A stretch of DNA of 64,000 bases, from assembly GCA_047600485.1 (NCBI GenBank), contig JASGKS010000001.1, positions 6,784,259-6,848,258 on the forward strand, written 5' to 3'. This document shows, one piece after another, positions 38,738-49,112 of this stretch; position 1 is the first letter of the stretch; each line of letters opens with the position of its first letter. The notes beneath the pieces are model-generated. The model saw only the letters and a list, made by a program, of their open reading frames with translations. It did no database searches and was not told where the DNA came from. This stretch comes from Archangium sp. (GTDB taxonomy: Bacteria; Myxococcota; Myxococcia; Myxococcales; Myxococcaceae). Made by a program: the position numbers and the translations under genes.

Positions 38738-39568
38738 TCACTGCGCGCTGGGCGGCGGCAACGGCGGCGGTGAGTCACCCGCCGGCGGCAGCGGCAACGG
38801 CATCGGCGCAGGCGCAGGCGCGGGCGGCTCGACGGGACGCTCGTACGAATTCTGCGAGCCGAACAACACGCCGAGCCCCGCCTGGAAGATGAACCCGCCG
38901 ACGCCCACCGCGCTCGCGCCCGTCGCGCCGCTGACGACACCCGAGGCGAAGAACGGCACCACGAAGCTCACCTCCGGCATCAAGCGCAGCGGTCCGACGT
39001 TGAGTGCGATGCCGACCGACGCTCCGGCGCTGAGCAAGTCGACCGCGGCCGTGCCAGTACCGCTCGAGGTGGTGATGCCCACGAGGAAGAGCTGGTTGAG
39101 CAGCTTCGGGCCGAACACCAGCTCGTGCCCCGCGAAGTCGATGCCCATCAGCACCGGCAGCTGCGCCGAGAGATTGCCCGCGAAGAGCCCCGCGACGCCG
39201 AGCCCGAAGAAGCCGACCTGAGGCGCGATGGACAAGTTGAAGCCCGAGTCCATCGTCGGCGAACGGAGGATGGCGAACTTTCCTTCCAGCCCGATGCCGC
39301 TGAAGCCGAGCCGCGCGCCGAGCTCCGCGTGGTCCGACACGCCGACGCGCACGCCGCCTTCAATCATCGGGTAGCCGGTGCCGGTCGTTCCCGTGGGGAC
39401 GCCGGTCGGAGTGCTCGCCGTGGTGTTGGCGGTGATGATGCCGCCGCCCTCGCCTGCGACCCAGCCCTGCACCGCGCCGCGATTGAGCGTGCGTGCCAGA
39501 CCCATCGTCGACGTCGAGACACACCCCATCGACGTCACCGCCAACAACGCCATCACATGAACTCGCAC
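38738..39568 (-). CDS. Gly/Ala-rich lipoprotein, hypothetical
   Basis: Lipobox LLAVTSMGC. Gly-rich beta-like body and a Pro-rich C-terminus. Confidence 0.45.
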   Translation of the reverse strand: MRVHVMALLAVTSMGCVSTSTMGLARTLNRGAVQGWVAGEGGGIITANTTASTPTGVPTGTTGTGYPMIEGGVRVGVSDHAELGARLGFSGIGLEGKFAILRSPTMDSGFNLSIAPQVGFFGLGVAGLFAGNLSAQLPVLMGIDFAGHELVFGPKLLNQLFLVGITTSSGTGTAAVDLLSAGASVGIALNVGPLRLMPEVSFVVPFFASGVVSGATGASAVGVGGFIFQAGLGVLFGSQNSYERPVEPPAPAPAPMPLPLPPAGDSPPPLPPPSAQ

Positions 39569-39608
39569 GGGCTTCTCCTCCCCAGGAATGAGGGACGGCG
39601 AAGCTAGT

Positions 39609-42600
39609 TCATTCCTCGTCGTCGTCGTTGCTGCGGAAGAGGGGCTGGCCCGTCACCGGCCTCCACTTCGGCGAGTGCACGATGGAGAACTCGCCACTGC
39701 CCGGCACGTCGACCAGCTGCGAGCTGATTTCCAGCTTCGAGCCGGTCTTCGACTCTCGCACCACGAGCAGCGTCCACTTTCCGCTCGGCACCTTCTGCGC
39801 CACGCCGTCGCGCACCTCGATGAGGTTCCACTCGTCGATGAGCTGCGCCATGTCGCTGAGCGCCGTCTTGTCGCCCGACACCAGCGCCATGCCGCGCTCG
39901 TCTCCGCCGTCGACCTTCACCTTCACGTCGATGCCGTCAGTCGCCTCTCGCAGCTCGACGTTCACCGTGCCCGAGCCCGCGACGTCGATCTCCAACGGAC
40001 GCCAGACGCGCTTGCGGTCGTACCGCACCATCAACACCCACTTGCCCGGCGCGAGGCCCTTCGCGAGCTGCGAGCCGTCGTTCGAAGGAGCGGCGTTGAA
40101 GTTCTTCACGTCGCGGCCCTTCACCGCCTGCAGCCCGACGCGCGGCAACAACGTGCCCTTCACGTCCATCACGCGCGCAATGACCACGCCGCCCGCCTTC
40201 ACCGTCACGTCCTGCTTCGTGGCCGACGGAGCGAGCGGCACGATGGTCATCAAGTAATCAGGGTGCGTGACGACGAGCTGCGTGACCTCGGGGTCGACGC
40301 GCTGCAACCGGTAGCGGCCCTGCGGGTCGGTCTTCGTGCTGCTCACTTCCGACAGCACGTTGTTCGCCGGCACTTCTCCGGCAATGACGTCGACCGTCGC
40401 GTTGGGAATCGGGTTGCGCGTGGCTTCGTCGAGCACCACGCCCGACACCGAGCGGCCGCGCGTGAGCTTCACGTCGGGCACCTCGTTGGGCCCTTCCTTC
40501 GCGACGAACGTCAAGCTGCGCGGCGCGAAGCCGGTCGCTTCGAAGAGCAGCTCGTTGTTGCCCTTGTTGGCGTTGACCTCGAACTTTCCGTCGAGCGTGT
40601 CGAACGGCTGTCGCCCCGCGCGGAACGCCTTCACCGGCGCTCCGGTGTCGTCGATGACGCGGCCGGAGATGGTCGTCTCGCGTTTGAGCTTCAGCACGAT
40701 GCGGTCGTCGGGCGCGGTGATGGGCTTCGCGGCGCGCATGCGTTCGACCATCACGCTCACCTGCGCCTTGCCCGCGGGGAGTGTGTCGATGACGAAGCGG
40801 CCCTCGGTGTCGGTCGCGGCTCCACCGATGGCGCGCGACTCGCCTTCGAACGACACCGCGGTGACCTCGGCCTTCGGCACCGGTTTGCCCGACCAGTCGA
40901 GCACCACGCCCGCGACCTTCACGCCCTTCACCGGCTGCAACGTCACGGTGGTGAGCTCGCCCTCTTTCAGCGTGACCTTCTTCTCCACGCTCCACAGCGG
41001 CATGCCCGACTCGAAGCGCGCCATCGCGCTCACGATGTCGTCTTCTCCCCGCGGCGTGAGTCCCTCGAACGCGAAGCGGCCCTGCTCGTCGGTGCGTTTG
41101 GGCGCCACTCCCGGAGCGAGCACGTCGACGTCTTTCGCTGGAACGCCGTCGAAGCCGAGCACCTGGCCGCTGAGCCGTGCGCCGCGCTTCATGGTCACCA
41201 CCACGTCGCTCGACGGAGCCACCACCGGCTCGAGCGTCGTCACCGCGTAGCCTTCGGCGTCGACGCGCAGCGTGAACTTCCCGGGCTTCACGTCGAGCGA
41301 GAACGTGCCGTCCTTGGAGTCGGTGTTGTCGGCGATGCCGTCGGTCTCGATTTCGTCCATCGCGTCTTCGTCGCGCTCGGCGAACGCGTCCATCGACTCG
41401 GCGACGATGGTGAATTCCTTGAGCAGCACGCCCGGAGCGGTCTCGACGCGCCCGGTGATGTTCACCGCGCTCTTCAACACCAGCTTCACGTCACGCTCGG
41501 TGGTGTCGATGGTCTTCGCGAAGTAGCCGCGCTTGCGCGCCGTGAACGAGTGCTCGCCGGGCCGCACCACCGCGAGTGCGAAGTGGCCTTCGGCGTCGCT
41601 CTTCAACTTGTGCCACTCCTCGCCGTCGTACATCGACACCTCGACGTCGGGAATCGGGTTGCCCTTCTCGTCGGTGACGCTGCCGCTCATCGGCTCGCCG
41701 CGCTGCAGCTCGATGGTGACGCCGCTCTGGTCTTCGCTGCTGCCGACCATCACCTCCGCGGTGCCGATGGCGTCCTTCGATTCGGCGTACACCTGGTAGC
41801 GCCCGCTCGAGATGCGCTTGAAGGTGAACGTGCCGTCGCCCGCGGTGACGACCTCGCGCTTGTGACCGCGGCTGTCGATGCGCACCTTCGCGCCCGAGAC
41901 CGGATCTCCGTCGAGCACCACGCCGCTCATCATGCGCGGAGCGGAGAGCTCGAACTCCAGCTTGCGGTCGCCGGCCTGCATCACGTCGGCGAGCTCGGGC
42001 ATCAGATCTTCGTGCATCGCGACCACGGTGAAGTGGCCTTCCGCCATCGGCCCGAGCTTGAAGGCGCCCTGGTCATCGAGCACCACTTCGTAGAAGCGCG
42101 CGCGCTCGTCACTGACCGCGGTGACGAGAATGCCTTTGGGGCTCGCCTTGTCGAAGCGCTTCACCGTGCCTTCGATGTAGTGGGCGAGCTGCAGCTCGAG
42201 GTTCAGCTTCGTCTCGTCGCGCGTGACGTTCTCGCGCACCGCGACGAAGCCTTCGCCGTCGGCCCACACCGTGAGCACCGAGTCGTCGAGGCCTTGAAGT
42301 TGGAACGTGCCGTCGAGCTCGGTGGTGGTGCGGGCGAGTGGAACGGCTTCTCCGGCGCGCGAGGCGACCCAGTCGGCGACCTGCGTGAGGCGCTCGTCGC
42401 AGCGGTAGCCGTTCAACTTCTCGTCAGGGCCGTCTTCGCTCTGACAGGGCGTGGTGGCGAGCGTCTCCACGCCTTGCGTCGCGAGCGCGGTGACGACGAT
42501 GCCGCCTGCTGGCGCGCCGTTGCGCGTGACGATTCCAGAGAGCGTGCGTTCGCCGCGCGGGGCGATGGGAGCCGTCCACTTCGACTCGCGCACCAGCGCT

Positions 42601-42719
42601 CGCTGTTCGTCGAGCGGCATGCGCGGCTGCGGAACGGTGACGGGAGTTCGAGACCACAGCCAGAAGCCGATGGCCGAGGCGAGGATGAGGACGACCGTGA
42701 CACTGACCACGCGTTTCAT
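39609..42719 (-). CDS. large membrane-anchored protein with tandem carboxypeptidase-regulatory-like (CarboxypepD_reg / Ig-like) domains
   Basis: N-terminal TM helix. About 10 repeats with D/TxxGxF hallmarks (ELDGTFQL, GDGTFTF, DAEGHFAL, DEQGRFAF, DTEGRFVI, DPQGRYRL). Confidence 0.65.
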   Translation of the reverse strand: MKRVVSVTVVLILASAIGFWLWSRTPVTVPQPRMPLDEQRALVRESKWTAPIAPRGERTLSGIVTRNGAPAGGIVVTALATQGVETLATTPCQSEDGPDEKLNGYRCDERLTQVADWVASRAGEAVPLARTTTELDGTFQLQGLDDSVLTVWADGEGFVAVRENVTRDETKLNLELQLAHYIEGTVKRFDKASPKGILVTAVSDERARFYEVVLDDQGAFKLGPMAEGHFTVVAMHEDLMPELADVMQAGDRKLEFELSAPRMMSGVVLDGDPVSGAKVRIDSRGHKREVVTAGDGTFTFKRISSGRYQVYAESKDAIGTAEVMVGSSEDQSGVTIELQRGEPMSGSVTDEKGNPIPDVEVSMYDGEEWHKLKSDAEGHFALAVVRPGEHSFTARKRGYFAKTIDTTERDVKLVLKSAVNITGRVETAPGVLLKEFTIVAESMDAFAERDEDAMDEIETDGIADNTDSKDGTFSLDVKPGKFTLRVDAEGYAVTTLEPVVAPSSDVVVTMKRGARLSGQVLGFDGVPAKDVDVLAPGVAPKRTDEQGRFAFEGLTPRGEDDIVSAMARFESGMPLWSVEKKVTLKEGELTTVTLQPVKGVKVAGVVLDWSGKPVPKAEVTAVSFEGESRAIGGAATDTEGRFVIDTLPAGKAQVSVMVERMRAAKPITAPDDRIVLKLKRETTISGRVIDDTGAPVKAFRAGRQPFDTLDGKFEVNANKGNNELLFEATGFAPRSLTFVAKEGPNEVPDVKLTRGRSVSGVVLDEATRNPIPNATVDVIAGEVPANNVLSEVSSTKTDPQGRYRLQRVDPEVTQLVVTHPDYLMTIVPLAPSATKQDVTVKAGGVVIARVMDVKGTLLPRVGLQAVKGRDVKNFNAAPSNDGSQLAKGLAPGKWVLMVRYDRKRVWRPLEIDVAGSGTVNVELREATDGIDVKVKVDGGDERGMALVSGDKTALSDMAQLIDEWNLIEVRDGVAQKVPSGKWTLLVVRESKTGSKLEISSQLVDVPGSGEFSIVHSPKWRPVTGQPLFRSNDDDEE

Positions 42720-42754
42720 GCGCGAGGAGAGCTTATGCTCGCGCGCACTCCGCC

Positions 42755-43642
42755 ATGCTCCTCTTGATCGAAGGCCCGTTGGACAGTGACCGAGCGGACA
42801 ACGACCGTCTTGGGTTGCGAAGCGCAGCGCGAGCGATGGGTCACCGCACGCTCGAACTTCCGCTCGAAGCCACGCTCACCGAGACCGACCGGCGCGTGCC
42901 GGGGCTGGAGCGCGGTGACTTCGAGTGGGGTTTTCTGTGCGGAGACATTCCCTCGCCCGAGCGCTACCGCCGCATTCACGACGAAGCGCGCGCGGCGAAC
43001 GTGACGTTGCTCAACGACCCCGTGCAGCACCTCGACGCCGTCGAACTGCATCGCACCGTGAAGCGGCTCGACGGACTCACCGCGCGCACGGCGGTCATCG
43101 AGAACGCTGATCAACTGAGTGGCGCGCTCGCCGAAATCAAACCGCCGGTGTTCTTGAAGAGCACCATTCACTCGCGCAAATGGTTCGGGTGGAAGGCGTG
43201 TGTCGCGGACGATTTGCAGCACGCGACCGAGCTGACGCGCACGCTGTTCAATCAGAAGTCGACGTCGCGAGAGCGCGTGCTGGTGCGCGAGCTGTTGCCA
43301 CTGCGACGCACCGGGAGCGAGTACGAAGGCTTCCCCATCGCGCGCGAGTACCGCTTGTTCGTGCTCGATGCCGACGTGGTGGGCATGGGTTTCTATTGGC
43401 CGTTCGGCGACCCGTTCGGCGCGCCGACGGAGCGAGAAGAACGCGAGATGCGTCAGCTCGCGCACGAGGTCGCGCGGCGCACGCGCGTGCCGTGGCTGTG
43501 TGTCGACGTTGGGCAGCTCGAAGACGGCGAGTGGAAAGTCATCGAGACCGGAGACCCGTGTTGCTCGGGGCTCGCGACGGTCGATGCGAAGGTGCTGATT
43601 GGCGCGGTGGCGCACGCGCTCGAGCTACGCGCCGGGTGCTGA
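42755..43642 (+). CDS. ATP-grasp-like domain protein (uncertain)
   Basis: Resembles small stand-alone ATP-grasp proteins (PPVFLKSTIHSRKW...EYRLFVLDADVVGMGFYW). Assigned from memory. Confidence 0.35.
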   Translation: MLLLIEGPLDSDRADNDRLGLRSAARAMGHRTLELPLEATLTETDRRVPGLERGDFEWGFLCGDIPSPERYRRIHDEARAANVTLLNDPVQHLDAVELHRTVKRLDGLTARTAVIENADQLSGALAEIKPPVFLKSTIHSRKWFGWKACVADDLQHATELTRTLFNQKSTSRERVLVRELLPLRRTGSEYEGFPIAREYRLFVLDADVVGMGFYWPFGDPFGAPTEREEREMRQLAHEVARRTRVPWLCVDVGQLEDGEWKVIETGDPCCSGLATVDAKVLIGAVAHALELRAGC

Positions 43643-43741
43643 CTCTCCCCGACAGCTGCTGACTTCGCCCCACATCTTCGTCGCGCAAGCTCGCGATGCG
43701 TCTTGGCGCGCGCGCGGTGTTGGCGTTGCATCACCACTCCT

Positions 43742-45481
43742 ATGTTTCGTGTCTTGCTGATCAGCGCGCTCTGTCTTTCGGGGCTCGCGCACGCGCAGAA
43801 CCAATGCACCAAGCCGCCGCCTTCGACCGACCCACCGAAGGACGCGCTGAGCGACACGCGCGTGCTGCGTCGTGCGTCCATCGCTCTCACCGGCACCACG
43901 CCTTCCGCTGCTCGCTACGAAGCCATCGCTGCGCTGCCGGTTGATCAACGCGCGGCTGCAATCGATGCCGAAATCGACACGCTGCTCGCGTCACCGAAGT
44001 TCTACGAGCACATGGTGCGCTTCGGTCACGACTGGCTCGCGGTGCCCGCGTACACGAAGGGCGCGCAGGGCGACGCGTACCAGGGAGACATGTCGGGCCA
44101 CCTCTTCCGCTGCGGTGGCTCGTCGATGCACCCCAACGCGTTCTACGCGGTCGGAGAAAACGGCAGCCCGCAGATGCAGTGCGATTCTTCCTCCGTGCTC
44201 GTCACGTCCGTCGAGCCGTGGTGGGCGCCGGGCACGACGGTCGACGTGCTCGGGCAGGCGGGCACCAACGTCTCCACCGTCGTCGACTCGATGGGCCGCA
44301 CGCGCGACTGCGGCCTCGCGAGCGGCGGCTACTACGACCCCGAGCTCGCCGCGGGCTGCGGGTGCGGGCCCAACCTCGTGTGGTGCGCTCCGCTGGTCGG
44401 TTTGAATTCGGGCAGCAACCACGACCTCTTCAGCTCGCAGCGCCGTCACCCGTTCGAAGAACCGGCGCGGCTCTTCGCGCATCTCGCGTGGCACGACCGA
44501 CCGCTGTCAGACCTCATCGTCGGCAACTACTCGGTGGGCACGAACTGGCTGCGCGCGCTCTACGTGCGCCAGGGCCGCCAGCAGGGAGCGACCGATGTTC
44601 CCGTCAACTGGTGGAAGGCGAGCGCCGACACGTCGCCGAGAGATCCGCTGCATCCGGTTCCCGAAGATCCGCAGGCGTGGCGTGAGTTCACCGTGCAGAC
44701 GCTGAACCCGTTCCTGCTCTCGCGGCGCGACTACCAATACGACCCGCGCACCACGACCATGCCGCCCGACGGTCTGCCCGCCGCCGGAGTGCTCACCATG
44801 ATGGGCTCGCTGTCTGCGTTTCCACGCGAGCGTGTTCGTGCCGCGCGCTTCCTCGAGATGTTCGCGTGCTCGTCGTTCAACCCGCCGCCCGCGGGCCAGA
44901 CGTTTCCTCCGTACGCGGGTGACCCGGCGACTGGCGGAACGTGTCTGCACTGTCACCGCGCGCTCGACCCCGCGGCCATCTATTTCAAGCGGTGGGATTT
45001 CGGCGCCGAGAGCTACTACGTGCCGTGGCCGTTCATGCCCGGCGTCGGTCGCTGGCGCATCAGCGCGGCGTGGGTGAGCGGCATGTATCCGCACTCCGCG
45101 GCGGACAACTCGCCGGGCTTCCGCTGGCGCAACGCGTTCAAGCCGGGAACCATCATGACGCCGACCACGCAGGCCGAGGCGACGGCGAACCCCGAGGCGC
45201 TGCTGCTCGACACCATGCCCGCGTCGTATTCGCTGCTCGGCGCGCAGGGCGACGGCACCATGGGCCCGCTCGGGTTCGGCAAGCTGCTGCTCAACTCCGG
45301 GCAGTTCGACAAATGCGCGGTGCGGAAGATGTACTCGCGCTTCATCGGGCGTGACCTCGACCCTGCTGCAGAGGCTGCGTACGTCGACGCGCTCGCTCGG
45401 GAATTCGTAGCGAGAGATCGCAAGATGAAGCCGTTCATCAAGTTCCTCTTCACGCAGCCCGAGTTCCGGAGGGGCTTGTGA
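43742..45481 (+). CDS. secreted DUF1800-like protein with a CxxCH motif (partner of a DUF1501 protein)
   Basis: Signal peptide MFRVLLISALCLSGLAHAQ. CLHCH heme-binding-type motif. The family call is inferred from the conserved DUF1800 + DUF1501 pairing. Confidence 0.45.
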   Translation: MFRVLLISALCLSGLAHAQNQCTKPPPSTDPPKDALSDTRVLRRASIALTGTTPSAARYEAIAALPVDQRAAAIDAEIDTLLASPKFYEHMVRFGHDWLAVPAYTKGAQGDAYQGDMSGHLFRCGGSSMHPNAFYAVGENGSPQMQCDSSSVLVTSVEPWWAPGTTVDVLGQAGTNVSTVVDSMGRTRDCGLASGGYYDPELAAGCGCGPNLVWCAPLVGLNSGSNHDLFSSQRRHPFEEPARLFAHLAWHDRPLSDLIVGNYSVGTNWLRALYVRQGRQQGATDVPVNWWKASADTSPRDPLHPVPEDPQAWREFTVQTLNPFLLSRRDYQYDPRTTTMPPDGLPAAGVLTMMGSLSAFPRERVRAARFLEMFACSSFNPPPAGQTFPPYAGDPATGGTCLHCHRALDPAAIYFKRWDFGAESYYVPWPFMPGVGRWRISAAWVSGMYPHSAADNSPGFRWRNAFKPGTIMTPTTQAEATANPEALLLDTMPASYSLLGAQGDGTMGPLGFGKLLLNSGQFDKCAVRKMYSRFIGRDLDPAAEAAYVDALAREFVARDRKMKPFIKFLFTQPEFRRGL

Positions 45482-46512
45482 TGAAGCGGCTCTCTCTCTT
45501 GTTGGTCCTCCTCGCCGGTTGCGAGGGAATCTTCGGGCGTCCCGGAGATGGAACCGACGCTGGCGGCTCAGGCTCGATGGACGATGCGGGTTGTCCTCCC
45601 GAGGGAAAGAACGACGAGATTCGGCTCGCGCTTTCTCCCGCGTGCGGCAGCTGTCACTCGGTCGGCAACAAGCCGTACTTCGCGTCGCTGTCGGCGTTCG
45701 AGAACGGCATCGTGTACGACGAGAAGTGGGTGAAGCGCGGCGACCCCGACGGCTCGGCGTTGATCAAGCTGCTGCAGGGCACCAACGTCGGGAGCTACCC
45801 GCAGATGCCTCCGGGCGAGACGTACGCCGCGGTGCTCTCGAGTGGCCGCGTGCACATCACCATCGACGAACTCAAAGAGTGGATTCGCGATTTGCCGCCG
45901 CGCGGTGCGGTGAACGAAGGGCCCGCTCCCGAGGCGTTCAACGTTCGCCGGCTGCGCGCCGACGAGATGGTGCTCTCGCTGATGGACCAGATTGGTCTCA
46001 CCGTCGAAGACTTCGTCGACACCTCGCGGCCCACGTGGCGCGAGGAGGAATACACCGCGCGCGGCGGAAGATTGTTCGTGTGGCCGACCGACTGGGCGCC
46101 GGGAATCAGCGGGCAATACGTGTCCGACGCGCGCACCACGGAGCGCTACGAAACGCTCGGTGGGCCGGTGGTGCTGCAAGGCCGCAAGCCCGACGTCTCG
46201 CTCGGACCCGCGGCGATGCAGACGCTGGTTCAGATGAGCCAGGCGTGGTGCAAGTTGGCGGTCGAGAAGCAGGGCAACACCGCGGTGCTGCGCGGCGTGA
46301 CGCTCACCGACACCAGCGCGACGAAGGCGACCGAAATCAAAGCGAACATCGCGCAACTCCATTTGCGCATGCTCGGAGAGGTCGCGACGAGCGCCGACGT
46401 CGACGAAATCTATTCGCAGGTCTACCTCCCGCTCGAACCTGGCAGCACGAAGACCGCGTGGATCGCGGTGTGCGCGTCGTTCGTTCGTCACCCGAAGTGG
46501 CTCTCGTACTGA
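45478..46512 (+). CDS. lipoprotein with a CxxCH motif (possible c-type cytochrome-like)
   Basis: Lipobox LLVLLAGCEG and a CGSCHS motif. The start overlaps the upstream stop. Confidence 0.5.
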   Translation: MMKRLSLLLVLLAGCEGIFGRPGDGTDAGGSGSMDDAGCPPEGKNDEIRLALSPACGSCHSVGNKPYFASLSAFENGIVYDEKWVKRGDPDGSALIKLLQGTNVGSYPQMPPGETYAAVLSSGRVHITIDELKEWIRDLPPRGAVNEGPAPEAFNVRRLRADEMVLSLMDQIGLTVEDFVDTSRPTWREEEYTARGGRLFVWPTDWAPGISGQYVSDARTTERYETLGGPVVLQGRKPDVSLGPAAMQTLVQMSQAWCKLAVEKQGNTAVLRGVTLTDTSATKATEIKANIAQLHLRMLGEVATSADVDEIYSQVYLPLEPGSTKTAWIAVCASFVRHPKWLSY

Positions 46513-46515
46513 CCC

Positions 46516-48069
46516 ATGAATTCTTCACGACGCACGATGCTGAAGTGGGCGCTCGGAGCGGGACAGCTCGCGCTGCTCGACAAGTTCAACCTGTTGCGCA
46601 GCGGCACGGCGCGCGCGGCGTCACCTGACGCGCCGTCGCGGCTGTGCGTCATCTACCTGCCCGGTGGTTTCCGCCCGCAGTACTACTTCTGGCCGATGGA
46701 GGACGCCGACGTCGATTCGGTCGTCCCTCCGCCCGGAGATTTCATCGGAGAGCCCGTCTTCTTCCGCGCCAATCAGCTGGTCGACCTCGCGCCGGCGAAC
46801 GGCAACTACAAGCCGCTGCGCCTCTGGCAGTCGTGGGACCCGATGAACCCCGCGAATCGCGCGAGCGGGTTCTCTCCATCGATGTACGGCTTCACGCACT
46901 TCGGGCTCGCGAATCAGATGTCTGTTTTGCACGGAGTCGACCAGGGCACGGCCGACCACGGCAGCGCGTTCGTCTCGGCGATGTGCGGTGTGGCCTCGCC
47001 TGACTTCCGCGCGCCGGCGCTGCACTCGGTGGCCGCGAACTTCCTGCACGCGCGCTACGCGTCGTCGCGACCGCTGCCGTTCGTGGTGGTGACGAGTGAG
47101 CGCGGTACTCCGGTGGCGCAGGGGCTGCCGTCGCACGCCGCGCCGATTCGCGTGCCGTCGATTCAGGCGCTCACTCCGCAGATGAGTGACAACCCCGCCG
47201 ACAACCCGTGGTGGGACAAGTTGAACGTGCGCACCGAAGCGCCCGAGCTCGACGTGCGCGGCATGCCGATGAGCACGATGCTCAAGACCACCACGCTCGA
47301 GCGCCACACGCTGAATCAGCCGGGGAAATTTCTCGGCCGCTCGACGACGAAGGTCGACGGTTTCCTCGAGGGGCTGCACGGCTCGTTGCGCAGCGTGAGT
47401 CGCGTGCTCGCGGCAGACGTCGTCTCGGTGCTCGAAGCGCAGAAGGGCATCGACTACCTGACGACCAATCGCGCGCCGTACCTCTCGAACTACTTCATGA
47501 ACGAGTTCGGGTATTCGTTCGGCGCGGCGAACTTCCACATGACGACGCTCGAGCCGCGCATGGACATGGCGCTGCGGCTCTTGAAGTCAGACCTCACGTC
47601 GGCGGTGCACCTCGCGCTCAACCTCGACTTCGACACGCACAACGGGCTCGGCCACGCGTTCAGCTGCGCTCACGGCCGCGCGCACATGGACCTCATCGCG
47701 CGCTTCTGCGGTGAGCTGAAGAACACGCCGGCGCCGGGCTTGCCGGGCAAGACGTTGTTCGACGACACGCTGGTCGTGGTGCTCTCCGAATTCGGCCGCA
47801 GCTGGTACCAGGGCAGCGACGACCATCACCCGTATACGAGCGTGATGTACCTGGGCGGCAACGTCGCGGGGAACCGCAGCATCGGCACCTACGACCGCGG
47901 CGGCTTCGGTCAGCCGGTGAATCTCATCGAAGAGAACGGTCAGCCTTCGATGCGCGTGCCGCGCTCGGCGGACGCGGTGACGACGGCGATGCGCATCATG
48001 GGGCTCGAGTTCCACGAGTTCTTCATTCCCGGCGGGTATGGAGAAGTCGAAGGCCTGCGGAAGAGCTGA
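46516..48069 (+). CDS. DUF1501-family protein (sulfatase/alkaline-phosphatase-like) with a Tat signal
   Basis: Twin-arginine signal SRRTMLKWALGAG. Family call from memory of the DUF1501 N-terminus and its partnership with the upstream protein. Confidence 0.55.
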   Translation: MNSSRRTMLKWALGAGQLALLDKFNLLRSGTARAASPDAPSRLCVIYLPGGFRPQYYFWPMEDADVDSVVPPPGDFIGEPVFFRANQLVDLAPANGNYKPLRLWQSWDPMNPANRASGFSPSMYGFTHFGLANQMSVLHGVDQGTADHGSAFVSAMCGVASPDFRAPALHSVAANFLHARYASSRPLPFVVVTSERGTPVAQGLPSHAAPIRVPSIQALTPQMSDNPADNPWWDKLNVRTEAPELDVRGMPMSTMLKTTTLERHTLNQPGKFLGRSTTKVDGFLEGLHGSLRSVSRVLAADVVSVLEAQKGIDYLTTNRAPYLSNYFMNEFGYSFGAANFHMTTLEPRMDMALRLLKSDLTSAVHLALNLDFDTHNGLGHAFSCAHGRAHMDLIARFCGELKNTPAPGLPGKTLFDDTLVVVLSEFGRSWYQGSDDHHPYTSVMYLGGNVAGNRSIGTYDRGGFGQPVNLIEENGQPSMRVPRSADAVTTAMRIMGLEFHEFFIPGGYGEVEGLRKS

Positions 48070-48080
48070 TCAGTGATGCG

Positions 48081-48986
48081 TTGGTCTTACTGAACGTGCT
48101 GCGACGACTCCTCACCGGACTCACGGCGATGCCCGCGCTCCTGCGCCGCATGCGCACCAACGGCGACTTGTGGCGCGCGTACCTCGGCCTCACGCTCAAG
48201 CGCAGTGTGGTGGTGCTGATTCTCGCGTCGCCGTTCATCGCGCTGCGCGTGGAAGACCTGCGCGACGGCGATGACGATGACGACGAGGAAGAGCGCGTGA
48301 CCGGAGTGGTCGGCACCACCTGGAACTGGGCCGTCTCGCTCGCCGGTCCGCTCATCGCCGCGCAGTGGCTCGTCGTCGCCTTCACGCGCGAGTTCGACGA
48401 CCGCATCTCCGACACGCTGGCTCGCACCGCGGGCGTCACTCCCGAAGAAGCGGAGCCGCCGAAGAGCCCGCCGCAGCTTCGCCTCGAGTGGAAGTGGCTG
48501 CGCAAGCGCATGCGGCGCCGTCTGCAGGTCTTCCTCGCCGCCCTGCCCGGCTTCATTCTGATCAGCTTCTTCTTCGGGCTCTTTCCCGAGGACTTCATGC
48601 TGCGCGCCATCACCTCGGCCGTCGGCGCACTGTGGACGTTCTATTGGCTGGTGGTCGGAACGGTGAGCAAGTCAGCGAGCGGTTGGACGACCGAAGGTGC
48701 GGCGCCACCACTCCTCTTCATTCGCGGCATCGCGAAGGTTCCGTTCATCGGCTGGCTCGCGAAGATGTGGACCCGCATGGCGAAGGCGATGTTTCCGCCG
48801 GCGGAGATGGTCGAGAGACACCCGCTCGAGCTCGCTGGCCTCACGCTGCTGCGCCTGACGGGCGTTGTCCCCTTCGTTGCGTTGGTGTGGCGTCCGATCG
48901 TTCCGGTCGCTGTGAGCTCGATCGTTCAGCCCGTCCTCTCGTCACACGCTGAGTCAACGCGAGCAACGTCGTCGCAAGACTCCTGA
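48081..48986 (+). CDS. hypothetical membrane protein
   Basis: Several TM helices and an acidic DGDDDDDEEE loop. Confidence 0.4.
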   Translation: MVLLNVLRRLLTGLTAMPALLRRMRTNGDLWRAYLGLTLKRSVVVLILASPFIALRVEDLRDGDDDDDEEERVTGVVGTTWNWAVSLAGPLIAAQWLVVAFTREFDDRISDTLARTAGVTPEEAEPPKSPPQLRLEWKWLRKRMRRRLQVFLAALPGFILISFFFGLFPEDFMLRAITSAVGALWTFYWLVVGTVSKSASGWTTEGAAPPLLFIRGIAKVPFIGWLAKMWTRMAKAMFPPAEMVERHPLELAGLTLLRLTGVVPFVALVWRPIVPVAVSSIVQPVLSSHAESTRATSSQDS

Positions 48987-49020
48987 GGTCGGCGAGCCGA
49001 CGACCTCGAGGAAACTGGGC

Positions 49021-49058
49021 CCTCTCCCCGACCCTCTCCCCTATCGGGAGAGAGGGAG
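49021..49058. repeat. GC-rich palindromic REP-like element (copy D)
   Basis: cctctccccgaccctctcccctatcgggagagaggg. Confidence 0.6.
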
Positions 49059-49112
49059 CTCCTCCGATTCCGGCAGCGCGCGTTGCGCGATGACGTGCCA
49101 CGCTGACGTCGC

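Noticed and set aside
39588-42767. 1059-aa plus-strand ORF antisense to the CarboxypepD_reg-repeat gene
   Set aside because: Antisense artefact: the minus-strand product shows about ten recognisable Ig-like repeats, whereas the plus-strand product is R/H/A/L-rich low-complexity sequence.
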